Source: Blochmannia endosymbiont of Camponotus modoc (GTDB lineage: Bacteria > Pseudomonadota > Gammaproteobacteria > Enterobacterales > Enterobacteriaceae). From it: a stretch of DNA of 32,000 nucleotides. Positions 22,006 through 32,000 of this stretch are shown piece after piece. The DNA is taken from assembly GCF_023585785.1 (NCBI RefSeq), contig NZ_CP097765.1, positions 570,001-602,000 of the forward strand, in the 5' to 3' direction. The position numbers and the translations under genes were made by a program. Numbering within the stretch: the first letter of the stretch is position 1; each line of letters begins with the position of its first letter. The notes under the pieces were generated by a model. It did no database searches and had not been told where the DNA came from. It saw only the letters and a list, made by a program, of their open reading frames with translations.

Positions 22006-24300
22006 ATGACAATTGTCAGTCATATATTAGGATTTCCTCGTATTGGATTACATAGAGAACTAAAGTATGCTTTAGAATATTATTGGGATGGAAAAATTAC
22101 AGAAGATAAATTATTAGAAATAGGCCGTACATTACGCATACGGCATTGGAAACAACAGAAAGATTGCGGTATCGACTGGACCCCAGTAGGTGATTTCGCA
22201 TGGTATGATCATGTTTTAACTACCAGCTTGATGCTAAATAATATTCCAGATAGGCATCGTATTGGTCAAGAAAATATTAATTTAAATACATTGTTTAGAA
22301 TAAGTCGAGGGTATTCTTTAAACAAAAAAATGATACCACCTTCAGAAATGAAAAAATGGTTTAATACAAATTATCACTATATAGTACCCGAATTTGTTCC
22401 CAATCAGGAATTTAAGTTAAATTGGACTCAATTATTTGATGAAATAGATGAAGCTTTGTCTCTAAAATATACAGTAAAACCAATACTACTTGGTCCAATT
22501 AGTTATCTGTGGTTAGGAAAAGTAAAAGGAAAAGAATTTGATCGTTTGTCATTATTGCCTCATTTATTATCAATATATCAAGAAATATTAGATATTTTAT
22601 TATCAAAAAATATTGATTGGATACAAATTGATGAGCCCATACTAGTTTTGGAGCTACCGTTACAATGGCTAAATGCATATTTAAGCGCGTATGAACAACT
22701 TCATGGTAAAGTTAAATTACTATTAACCACTTACTTCGACAGCATATATCATCAATTGGATATTATTACACAATTAAAAATAGATGGTCTACATGTGGAT
22801 CTGGTTTCCAATCCTGATAATATACCTTTACTGCATTCCCGATTACCAAAACATTGGATATTATCAGCAGGAGTAATCAACGGACGTAATGTATGGAAAA
22901 CTAATTTACATGATTGGTTTAAAAAACTATATCCCTTAGTAGACGAGCGCAGATTATGGATAGGTTCTTCTTGTTCCTTATTACATAGTCCTATTGATCT
23001 AAATACGGAGATAAAATTAGATAAACACATTAAAGAATGGTTTGCTTTTGCGCTGCAAAAATGTTACGAAATAAAAATGTTATGCGATGCGTTGAATGCT
23101 AAAAACACAAGTGACACGACATATGAAGATACACTTAGTGAATATTATGTTTCTAATAACTTACGATCGTATTCTAGTACAATTCATAATATACAAGTTA
23201 AAAAACGTCTCGAACACATCAATGAGATTTCTTATTCTAGATCTTCTCCGTACACAACACGAGTTACATTACAGCATAAGAAGCTGAATTTACCATTATT
23301 TCCAACAACTACTATCGGTTCATTTCCTCAAACTGAAGAAATTCGTAAACTTCGTTCGCGCTTCAAAAATAACCAAATCAACAAAGAAGATTATCATCTT
23401 AGTATTAAGAATTACATTAAAAAAATTATTATGGAACAAGAAAAATTAGATCTAGATATTCTAGTGCATGGAGAACCAGAACGAAATGACATGGTAGAAT
23501 ATTTTGGAGAGCATTTAAATGGATTTATATTTACTCAAAATGGGTGGGTACAAAGTTATGGTTCACGTTGTGTAAAACCTCCAGTAATTATTGGGGATAT
23601 TAGTCGTTCAAAACCCATTACTATAGAATGGATAAGTTATGCTCAGTCATTAACTAATAAACCGATAAAAGGTATATTAACTGGACCTGTCACCATAATG
23701 TCTTGGTCGTTCCCACGAGAGGATATACCACGAAAAACAATAGCATTGCAATTAGCATTGTCGATACGCGATGAAGTAATAGACTTGGAAAAATCTGGAA
23801 TTGGAATCATACAAATTGATGAGCCAGCTTTGCGAGAAGGATTACCTTTAAAACGTTCTGATCAAAAACAATATTTAGAATGGGCAATTAATGTCTTTAG
23901 GATCACTGTATCATCAGTGAAAGATGATACTCAGATTCATACTCATATGTGTTATTCTGAATTTAATGATATCATTTATGCTATTCTAGCATTAGATGCG
24001 GATGTCATCAGTATAGAAGCAGCTAGGTCAGATGAAAAAATATTAAAATCTATACGACATGTAATAAAGGATTTAAATGAAATTGGACCAGGAATATACG
24101 ATATTCATTCGCCAAATGAACCAACCCAAAATAATCTTATCAGAAGAATTAATCAATTGTTAAAATATATCCCAAAACGACGTTTATGGATTAATCCTGA
24201 TTGTGGATTAAAAACAAGATCATGGCCTGAAATTAAACATTCATTGAATAATATGGTATCTGCAGCTAAATTATTGCGTAAACAATTTTATTCATCGTGA
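22006..24300 (+). CDS. metE: Cobalamin-independent methionine synthase
   Basis: 764 aa with N-terminal LGFPRIGLHRELK, ETTIGSFPQT-like TTTIGSFPQT, and the zinc-ligand motifs HTHMCYSEF and NPDCGLKTR. Confidence 0.99.
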   Translation: MTIVSHILGFPRIGLHRELKYALEYYWDGKITEDKLLEIGRTLRIRHWKQQKDCGIDWTPVGDFAWYDHVLTTSLMLNNIPDRHRIGQENINLNTLFRISRGYSLNKKMIPPSEMKKWFNTNYHYIVPEFVPNQEFKLNWTQLFDEIDEALSLKYTVKPILLGPISYLWLGKVKGKEFDRLSLLPHLLSIYQEILDILLSKNIDWIQIDEPILVLELPLQWLNAYLSAYEQLHGKVKLLLTTYFDSIYHQLDIITQLKIDGLHVDLVSNPDNIPLLHSRLPKHWILSAGVINGRNVWKTNLHDWFKKLYPLVDERRLWIGSSCSLLHSPIDLNTEIKLDKHIKEWFAFALQKCYEIKMLCDALNAKNTSDTTYEDTLSEYYVSNNLRSYSSTIHNIQVKKRLEHINEISYSRSSPYTTRVTLQHKKLNLPLFPTTTIGSFPQTEEIRKLRSRFKNNQINKEDYHLSIKNYIKKIIMEQEKLDLDILVHGEPERNDMVEYFGEHLNGFIFTQNGWVQSYGSRCVKPPVIIGDISRSKPITIEWISYAQSLTNKPIKGILTGPVTIMSWSFPREDIPRKTIALQLALSIRDEVIDLEKSGIGIIQIDEPALREGLPLKRSDQKQYLEWAINVFRITVSSVKDDTQIHTHMCYSEFNDIIYAILALDADVISIEAARSDEKILKSIRHVIKDLNEIGPGIYDIHSPNEPTQNNLIRRINQLLKYIPKRRLWINPDCGLKTRSWPEIKHSLNNMVSAAKLLRKQFYSS

Positions 24301-24533
24301 ATCATGGCTAATAATTTTTGTTAATTAATTGTATAGCAATCAATATCAAAATAGAATTACCAGATTTATTGATAATATCATGGGTTGATTACGAGATTAT
24401 CTATTTAAGGAACGATCATTGAATGAGTTAAAATTGATATTTTTTATTCATAAAAAAAATAAAGAATTTGGAAAAGTTTCCCACTAATTTTAAACATTCT
24501 CAATAACTTTTAAAAACACGCGATAGTTTTATT

Positions 24534-25328
24534 ATGACTATAACTCATGCATTTCATTTAGGTTTAAAGATCGGGGACCTTCAAGGAGCAACTTTAGCTA
24601 TTCTTCCAGGAGATCCTAATAGAGTAAAAAAAATAGCTTCTCTGATGGATGGGGCAGAATACATTTTTAGTAATCGAGAATTTACAACTTGGTCCGCAAA
24701 AATCAATAAAGAGACAGTAATTGTTTGTTCTACAGGTATAGGCGGTCCATCTACTTCTATTGTGGTAGAAGAATTATCTCAATTAGGCATACGTACATTC
24801 TTACGTGTAGGCACTGCAGGAGCTATCCAAAAATATATAAAAACAGGCGATGTGTTGATTATCACTGCTGCTGTTCGTTGTGATGGAGCAAGTCAACACT
24901 TTGCTCCATTAGAATTTCCAGCAGTAGCAGATTTATCATGTACTATAGCTTTAATTCAAGCAGCTAAAAACATTGGTATTAAATCACATTTTGGTGTAAC
25001 CGTATCTTCAGATACATTTTATCCTGGACAAGAAAGACAGGATACATATTCTGGGCGAGTTATTCAAAAGTTGCGCGGCTCCATGGAAGAATGGAAAAAC
25101 CTGGGAGTTATGAGTTACGAAATGGAATCTGCAACACTACTAACTATGTGTTTAACTCAAGGATTACAAGCAGGAGTTGTTACAGGTGTTATTGTAAATC
25201 GCACACAAAAAGAAATTCCAAACGTTACTTTAATACATCATACTGAATATATGGCAATGAAAGTTGCAATAGAAGGCGCTCATATTCTTCTGAATAAAAG
25301 AAACACTTTATATCGTTATGCGGAATAA
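24534..25328 (+). CDS. udp: Uridine phosphorylase
   Basis: 264 aa with [55 protein letters not shown] and MESATLLTM. Confidence 0.98.
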   Translation: MTITHAFHLGLKIGDLQGATLAILPGDPNRVKKIASLMDGAEYIFSNREFTTWSAKINKETVIVCSTGIGGPSTSIVVEELSQLGIRTFLRVGTAGAIQKYIKTGDVLIITAAVRCDGASQHFAPLEFPAVADLSCTIALIQAAKNIGIKSHFGVTVSSDTFYPGQERQDTYSGRVIQKLRGSMEEWKNLGVMSYEMESATLLTMCLTQGLQAGVVTGVIVNRTQKEIPNVTLIHHTEYMAMKVAIEGAHILLNKRNTLYRYAE

Positions 25329-25574
25329 TATTGATCATTATTCTTTAAGTCTTTCTGTTCATTTTAATATATTCAGCCACTAACAAAAAATTTTTGAATA
25401 ACATATTATTATTTTTTAAAATAAAAGAATCTAGAATGGAATTTAGTATGTTGTATTATATAAGTAACATGTTATTCATCAACATGATACACAGCCTACG
25501 TTTATTTGTATTTCTAAAGTATTGATACAATATATATAATGATTAATAATAAGTAATTATTATCAAGATTATTT

Positions 25575-27143
25575 ATGAATATATTTTATGACAGAGAATA
25601 TATGCCAATTACCTTATTTTATTTATATAGCATAATTAGCATATTTGCAGGTTTCTTAATATCTGGAATATTTTTTAAGATTATAAGAAAACGATATATT
25701 ACAAAATATAATCATGCTTATGCATCTCATGAGAATGCTTTATGTGTAATTACACAAAATTTAAAAAATGAATCTGACTTACGTTATAATATTGAACAGA
25801 AATTGCAAAAAAAATCACAAGTGATATATGAACTACATGGTAAATTATCCACTGCCGAAGAGCGTTTAAAATTATTAAATCATTATCATCAAAAATGTGA
25901 AAAACTAAATAATGAATTACATGTACAATTAAATTTAAATCATTCTCAAGAATTAAAAATACAAGAATTAAATATTCGTTTAGAAGAATATAAATTAGCA
26001 ACAGAAGAAAAACAGAAGTTGTTTATCAATAGTGAAAACCGATTAACTATGCAATTTGAAAATTTGGCAAATCGTATTTTTGAGCAAAACGGACGCAAGA
26101 TAGATCAACAAAATCGAATAACTCTTGAGAGAACGTTATATCCATTAAAAGAACAGTTAGAAGGATTTAAAAGTCAAATCCAAAACAATTTCTCAAAAGA
26201 AGAGCAATCGAGACATACCCTGACATATGAAATTCGTAATTTACATCAATTGAATGCAAAAATCACTCAAGAAACTATTAATTTAACACAAGCATTAAAA
26301 GGAAACAATAAAACACAAGGCAGTTGGGGAGAAATAATTTTAACTCGTGCATTAGAAGCTTCTGGTATGCGTGAAGGTCATGAATTTCATGTACAAGTCA
26401 GCATAAAACAAACTGATGGAAATAGATTGCAACCTGATGTAATTATACATTTACCTCATGGTAAAGATGTAATAATTGATTCTAAAGTATCTCTAGTGGC
26501 TTATGAACGTTATTTCAATAGCGATAGCGAAGAAGATCAACGGTTAGCTGTCATTGATCACGTACATTCATTGCGTGCTCATATAAAATCATTAAGCAAA
26601 AAAGATTATCAAAAATTATTTGGATTAAACACATTAGATTATATTTTAATGTTTGTCCCTATTGAATCAGCTTTTATGTTAGCCATTAAAAAAGAAGCAT
26701 CATTATTAACAGATGCTATGCGGTGTAATATTATGTTAATTAGCCCTACAACACTGTTAATAGCTTTGCGCACTATTAATAACTTATGGCGTTATGAATA
26801 TCAAAATTGCCATGCTAAAAAAATTGCTGATAAAGCAGGAAGATTGTATGACAAACTACGGTTGTTTATGGATGACTTAAATAAAATTGGCCTTTATCTA
26901 AATAAAGCAGAAGTTATTTATAATGCAGCAAAGAATAAATTTTCTGAAGGAAAAGGTAATATTATAAGTCAAGCGGAAGGTTTTCGAGCACTTGGAGTGC
27001 AAATAAAACAACCAATTGTTACTAATGTGATTCCACCGAATTCTATATTTTTATGTGATACAAAAAAAAATTCTTCTGATGTATCTAATTTTGAAGATAA
27101 CATCACTGAAAATATATGTCATAAATCTTTATCAAATTCTTGA
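25575..27143 (+). CDS. rmuC: DNA recombination protein RmuC homologue
   Basis: One N-terminal hydrophobic segment, a coiled-coil-like region, then [20 protein letters not shown] and [19 protein letters not shown]. The start could be the ATG at 25602. It lies between udp and ubiE, as in E. coli. Confidence 0.95.
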   Translation: MNIFYDREYMPITLFYLYSIISIFAGFLISGIFFKIIRKRYITKYNHAYASHENALCVITQNLKNESDLRYNIEQKLQKKSQVIYELHGKLSTAEERLKLLNHYHQKCEKLNNELHVQLNLNHSQELKIQELNIRLEEYKLATEEKQKLFINSENRLTMQFENLANRIFEQNGRKIDQQNRITLERTLYPLKEQLEGFKSQIQNNFSKEEQSRHTLTYEIRNLHQLNAKITQETINLTQALKGNNKTQGSWGEIILTRALEASGMREGHEFHVQVSIKQTDGNRLQPDVIIHLPHGKDVIIDSKVSLVAYERYFNSDSEEDQRLAVIDHVHSLRAHIKSLSKKDYQKLFGLNTLDYILMFVPIESAFMLAIKKEASLLTDAMRCNIMLISPTTLLIALRTINNLWRYEYQNCHAKKIADKAGRLYDKLRLFMDDLNKIGLYLNKAEVIYNAAKNKFSEGKGNIISQAEGFRALGVQIKQPIVTNVIPPNSIFLCDTKKNSSDVSNFEDNITENICHKSLSNS

Positions 27144-27247
27144 TTTGGTACATTAAAGTATGTGACTTGATAAAATCATATAGTACTATTTTAGTAAAAT
27201 TAGTATTTTTGATAAATAGAAATTTAATGATAAAGATTACGGTAATG

Positions 27248-28012
27248 ATGAATATGAAGAATAAATCTAAAAAAGAAATGACTCATTTTGGTTTTCAAAA
27301 TGTTTACAAGGATAAGAAAACATCATTAGTGTCTAATATATTCCATTCTGTAGCATCACAATATGATTTAATGAATGATTTAATGTCATTTGGAATACAT
27401 AGAATGTGGAAACAATTTATGATTTATCGCAGCGAAGTATACGTCGGATGCACTGTATTGGATCTAGCCGGAGGTACTGGAGATTTAAGTATTCAATTTT
27501 CCCGGTTAGTAGGTAATACAGGGATCGTAGTACTAGCAGATATCAATGATTCCATGCTACATATAGGACAAAAAAAATTACGCAATTTAGGTATATTAAA
27601 TAATGTAATATATATACAAGCTGATGCTGAAGCTTTACCTTTCTCTGAAAATACTTTTGATTGCGTTGCTGTTTCTTTTGGATTACGCAATTTTACAAAT
27701 AAAGAACAAGCATTATTTTCAATGCATAGAGTATTAAAACCTAGAGGAAAATTATTAATCTTAGATTTCGGGGTGCCTACTTTTAAAGTATTGCATAAGA
27801 TATATGATTTATATTCATTTCATATTTTACCTAAAATAGGTAAATGTATAACTCAAGATATTAATAGTTATCGTTATCTTGTAGAATCTATTCGTATGCA
27901 TCCAGATCAAGAAACTTTAAAAAACATGATAATACGAACAGGATTCAACAATGTTGAATATTTCAATATGACTTTTGGGATTGCTGTATTACATTGCGCT
28001 TATAAATGTTAA
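27248..28012 (+). CDS. ubiE: Ubiquinone/menaquinone biosynthesis C-methyltransferase UbiE
   Basis: [53 protein letters not shown] and the C-terminus HCAYKC. The ORF track starts at 27140, but homology supports a start at 27248 or 27254. Confidence 0.97.
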   Translation: MNMKNKSKKEMTHFGFQNVYKDKKTSLVSNIFHSVASQYDLMNDLMSFGIHRMWKQFMIYRSEVYVGCTVLDLAGGTGDLSIQFSRLVGNTGIVVLADINDSMLHIGQKKLRNLGILNNVIYIQADAEALPFSENTFDCVAVSFGLRNFTNKEQALFSMHRVLKPRGKLLILDFGVPTFKVLHKIYDLYSFHILPKIGKCITQDINSYRYLVESIRMHPDQETLKNMIIRTGFNNVEYFNMTFGIAVLHCAYKC

Positions 28013-28596
28013 AAAATATTGATATTCAGTGAGTTATTAAAATCGATAGTATCATTATTTTGTTAACATTGCCAAGAACGTGAATATTTATTAAATCCTG
28101 TAAAGGTATTTTATTTCGAGTGCACAAAACTATGATATCTAACTATTTTATATCTTAGTAAGAAACAATTATTTATTTTTATATTTATAAAAATAAGTTA
28201 GATGAAAATAGAATATACAGTGATACTGTATTATTATGTGAATAAACAACCGATAATACAGTAGATGAATATATCTATTTTAAGATTAGCGAGGATATTT
28301 CATTAACTTAAAATTTAATTAAATAGCGTAAACTCATATCTAGTTTCAACATTATTAGTATTTAATACACTTACAATCAAACTTATATTTTATTAAACGG
28401 ATGAAATTTTATTGAATATTTATAGACTTTTATTAGAAAAGTGCATTTTAATTAAAAATGTTTACATGTAACTATGCTTGATAGTAAGAACACGGTATAA
28501 GTTTAATGAACTAAAAGTAATCTTTATAAAGATACATTATTTAAATATAACACTGAATATTTGCTTAATCATTTTAAATCAATTATAGGAAATCTG

Positions 28597-30237
28597 ATGC
28601 TTGTTGATGAGTTATGTCGACTGTATTCTATAATTAAAACAATCTTAAATTATGGATTAAGTGATTTTGTTCCTACTCATCGATTAATTTTTCCATTAAG
28701 AATAGGTAGTAGATTTCTTTTACGCGTTTTAAATAAGCATTCTCAACTAACTTTAGGGGAACGATTTCGTTTAGCATTACAGGAGTTAGGTCCAATATGG
28801 ATTAAATTTGGGCAAATGCTTTCCACTCGACGCGATATCTTTCCAGATTCTGTTGCAGATCAATTATCAATACTACAAGATCGTGTGGCGCCTTTCGATG
28901 GAATTATTGCTAAAATGTGTATAGAACGAGCTATTGGGAATTCATTAGAAACATGGTTTAAAGATTTTCAAGAAATACCATTGGCATCTGCATCTATTTC
29001 GCAGGTACATTCTGCTAGATTAAAAAAAAACAATAAAGATATAGTAATTAAAATTATTCGGCCCGGTCTTTTACCTATTATTAAAATAGATATATGTTTA
29101 ATGTATAGATTAGCCAAATGGATTTGTAAATTTTTACCAGAAGGACGGAAATTTAAGTTTTCAGAAGTTGTTTCAGAATATGAAAAAACTCTTTTTAATG
29201 AGCTTAATTTGCTAAAAGAAACAGCGAATACTATTCAATTGAGAAGAAATTTCAAAAAAAGTCAAATATTATACATACCCAAAGTATATGTAGATTTTTG
29301 TAGCGAAAACGTTATGGTTATGGAGCGTATCTATGGAATACCAGTATATGATTTAGTTGCGCTCAAAAAACAAAAAATTAATATGAAATTATTAGCAGAA
29401 CGTGGAATAGAAATATTTTTTACTCAAGTATTTCGAGATAGTTTTTTTCACGGAGATATGCATCCTGGTAACATTTTTATTAGCTATAAACACCCAGGAA
29501 ATCCAAAATATATTAGTGTTGATTGCGGCATTGTCGGATCTTTAAATAAAAAAGATAAATACTATTTAGCAGCAAATTTCATAGCATTTTTCAATCATGA
29601 TTATCGTAAAATAGCTGAATTGCATCTTGATTCAGGCTGGATACCCTTTGATACCAACATTGAAGATTTTGAATGCGCTATGAGAACAGTATTTGAACCA
29701 ATTTTTGAACAACCGTTAGAAAAAATTCCTTTCAGTAAAATATTATTGTACTTATTTAATACCGCACGATATTTTAATATGGAAATACAACCCCAATTAA
29801 TTTTATTACAAAAAACTTTATTGTACATCGAAGGAATAGTTAGACAATTATATCCAAATCTAAATATTTGGAAATCTGCTCAACCTTTTTTAGAAGGATG
29901 GATGCGGGACCAATTAAAGTTATCAACAACAATATGTACTTTAAAAGACAAGATACCTCATTGGATAGATAAAATACCAGAATTACCTACTTTGTTATCT
30001 AATGAATTTAAACGTTCTTGTATGCTACAAAGAAAAATAGAAATATTAATAAGAGAATTAAGAACTCAGCGAACTAATCACGGTCAAGCGTTATTTTTAT
30101 TCGGTATTGGCGCAACATTAGTTACCAGCAGTATTTTCTTATACATACAGGATAAATATTTAAAAATTTTTTCTATTTTTTTATTTGTAATTGGAATTTT
30201 TATTTGGACAATAGGTTGGAAACGTATCATACAATAA
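28597..30237 (+). CDS. ubiB: Ubiquinone biosynthesis protein UbiB (ADCK/ABC1-like kinase family)
   Basis: [49 protein letters not shown]-like [12 protein letters not shown] and DCGIVG. An AGGA sits upstream of the ATG at 28597; the ORF track starts at a TTG at 28561. Confidence 0.97.
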   Translation: MLVDELCRLYSIIKTILNYGLSDFVPTHRLIFPLRIGSRFLLRVLNKHSQLTLGERFRLALQELGPIWIKFGQMLSTRRDIFPDSVADQLSILQDRVAPFDGIIAKMCIERAIGNSLETWFKDFQEIPLASASISQVHSARLKKNNKDIVIKIIRPGLLPIIKIDICLMYRLAKWICKFLPEGRKFKFSEVVSEYEKTLFNELNLLKETANTIQLRRNFKKSQILYIPKVYVDFCSENVMVMERIYGIPVYDLVALKKQKINMKLLAERGIEIFFTQVFRDSFFHGDMHPGNIFISYKHPGNPKYISVDCGIVGSLNKKDKYYLAANFIAFFNHDYRKIAELHLDSGWIPFDTNIEDFECAMRTVFEPIFEQPLEKIPFSKILLYLFNTARYFNMEIQPQLILLQKTLLYIEGIVRQLYPNLNIWKSAQPFLEGWMRDQLKLSTTICTLKDKIPHWIDKIPELPTLLSNEFKRSCMLQRKIEILIRELRTQRTNHGQALFLFGIGATLVTSSIFLYIQDKYLKIFSIFLFVIGIFIWTIGWKRIIQ

Positions 30238-30445
30238 TAATATGTTATTACTGTCCAATTGAATTTTATTTCATAACACAAGTTTATTTGAGCAATTCCA
30301 TGAAACATTTTATATTAAATGAATTCTGAAATATGATAATGTTAATTAATTCAATTATAACTTTAAAACTGTACTTCATGACAATTATACGATATTTTGT
30401 AACATATATTGAATTATAACAACATTTAATGATTATTAACAGGAT

Positions 30446-31909
30446 ATGAAATATAAAGATTTACGTGATTTTATAAAAATCTTAGAACATAGGGGAGACT
30501 TAAAAAGAATTAAATTTCCCATTAATCCTGATTTGGAAATAACAGAAATTGCTGATCGCACTATTAAATCTGGAGGTCCAGCGCTTTTTTTTGAAAATCC
30601 TACAGGATATACAATACCTGTCCTTTGTAATTTATTTGGTACCCCGAATAGAATAGCTTTAGGAATGGGAAAAGAAAACATTTTATCTTTGCGTGATGTT
30701 GGAAAATTACTTGCATTTTTAAGAGAACCGGAATTACCGACAGGAGTGCATGATTTTTTTTCTAAAATACCTCATTTTCGTCATATCTTACATATGCCGA
30801 TTAAGCGTGTCAGTACAGCTCCGTGCCAAGAAAATGTTTGGTGTAATCAAGATGTAGATATCACACATATGCCAATAATGCGTTGCTGGCCTCAAGACGT
30901 ATCTCCTATAATTACTTGGGGTATTACGATAACGCGCGGTCTAAAAAGTAAACGACAAAATCTTGGAATTTATCGTCAACAAGTGCTATCTAAAAATAAA
31001 ATCATTATGAGATGGTTATCTCATCGTGGTGGCGCATTAGATTTTCAAGAATGGCATAAAAATACTTCAGAGAGAAGATTTCCAATTACTGTAGCATTAG
31101 GCGCTGATCCAGCTACTTTAATAGGAGCGGTAGTTCCCATTCCTGATACACTATCCGAATATGCCTTTTCTGGTTTACTAAGAGGTTGTAGAACTGAAGT
31201 AATTAAATGCATTTCATGCGACTTAGACGTTCCAGCTAATTCTGAAATTGTATTGGAAGGATATTTAGAACGAGATGAAACAGCAATAGAAGGACCCTTT
31301 GGAGACCATACAGGATATTACAATACTACCGCTAAATTTCCAGTATGCACTATTACCCATATTACCCAACGGAACAATCCAATTTATCATTCTACGTATA
31401 CTGGTCGTCCACCAGATGAGCCTGCGATTCTTGGAATGGCAATGAATGAAATGTTCATCCCTATCATACAAAAGCAATTCCCAGAAATTACAGATTTTTA
31501 TTTACCTCCTGAAGGTTGCTCATATAGATTGGCTGTTGTAACTATAAAAAAACAATATATTGGACACGCTAAACGTATAATTTTTGGAATATGGTCTTTT
31601 TTGAAACAATTTATGTATACTAAATTTATTATCGTATGTGACGACGATATTAATGCTCGGGATTGGAATGATGTAGTATGGGCGATAACTACACGCCTGG
31701 ACCCTGATCGAGATATCATAATCGTAAAAAATACCCCAATTGATTATCTTGATTTCTCTAGCCCTATTTCTGGTTTAGGCTCTAAAATAGGTATGGATGC
31801 AACAAACAAATGGCCCGGGGAAACTGAAAGAGAATGGGGTATTCCAATTAAAATGCACGACACAGTACGACATTATATTGATAGTATTTGGGAAAAACTA
31901 GACATATAG
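30446..31909 (+). CDS. ubiD: 3-octaprenyl-4-hydroxybenzoate carboxy-lyase UbiD
   Basis: 487 aa with [50 protein letters not shown] and [10 protein letters not shown]. Confidence 0.98.
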   Translation: MKYKDLRDFIKILEHRGDLKRIKFPINPDLEITEIADRTIKSGGPALFFENPTGYTIPVLCNLFGTPNRIALGMGKENILSLRDVGKLLAFLREPELPTGVHDFFSKIPHFRHILHMPIKRVSTAPCQENVWCNQDVDITHMPIMRCWPQDVSPIITWGITITRGLKSKRQNLGIYRQQVLSKNKIIMRWLSHRGGALDFQEWHKNTSERRFPITVALGADPATLIGAVVPIPDTLSEYAFSGLLRGCRTEVIKCISCDLDVPANSEIVLEGYLERDETAIEGPFGDHTGYYNTTAKFPVCTITHITQRNNPIYHSTYTGRPPDEPAILGMAMNEMFIPIIQKQFPEITDFYLPPEGCSYRLAVVTIKKQYIGHAKRIIFGIWSFLKQFMYTKFIIVCDDDINARDWNDVVWAITTRLDPDRDIIIVKNTPIDYLDFSSPISGLGSKIGMDATNKWPGETEREWGIPIKMHDTVRHYIDSIWEKLDI

Positions 31910-32000
31910 ACATAATATTTTACAATAAAAAAAATAATACAATTAAGTAAGATACACAAAATTAAACACATAGTAATATGATGGATTTTTTACAATAAAA

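Noticed and set aside
27140-27247. N-terminal extension of the ubiE ORF overlapping the rmuC stop
   Set aside because: [21 protein letters not shown]... has no counterpart in UbiE, and homology begins at MTHFGF. It is more likely untranslated spacer that happens to stay open.
29601-31719. Small ORFs antisense to ubiB and ubiD
   Set aside because: Shadow ORFs with no independent support.

Overview
This 32 kb AT-rich window looks like the origin-proximal part of a reduced gammaproteobacterial endosymbiont chromosome. By gene content and order, remembered rather than searched, it most resembles the ant symbiont Blochmannia. The + strand starts inside yidD, which is in frame with yidC, followed by mnmE. 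The - strand then carries mnmG-atpBEFHAGDC-glmU. To the right of an apparent origin or strand-switch region come tRNA-Ile(GAT), metA, pgi, rsmD(-), ftsY, rpoH, metE, udp, rmuC, ubiE, ubiB and ubiD. Every protein is a recognisable housekeeping or biosynthetic orthologue. I see no CRISPR array, prophage, IS element, toxin-antitoxin pair or defence system, and no convincing undescribed system. The most interesting points are: (1) an uninterrupted yidD-yidC reading frame with no stop between them; (2) a locally GC-rich patch of about 70 bp in the intergenic strand-switch region next to mnmG, with no consensus DnaA box recognised by eye; (3) a candidate atp promoter with a 16-bp perfect palindrome at its predicted start site; (4) A8-A10 homopolymers inside intact genes, notably mnmE; (5) a lone tRNA-Ile whose encoded 3' end is not CCA; (6) an FtsY reduced to its NG domain, with an unusual residue in a conserved motif; and (7) several long gene-free spacers where E. 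coli genes are absent.
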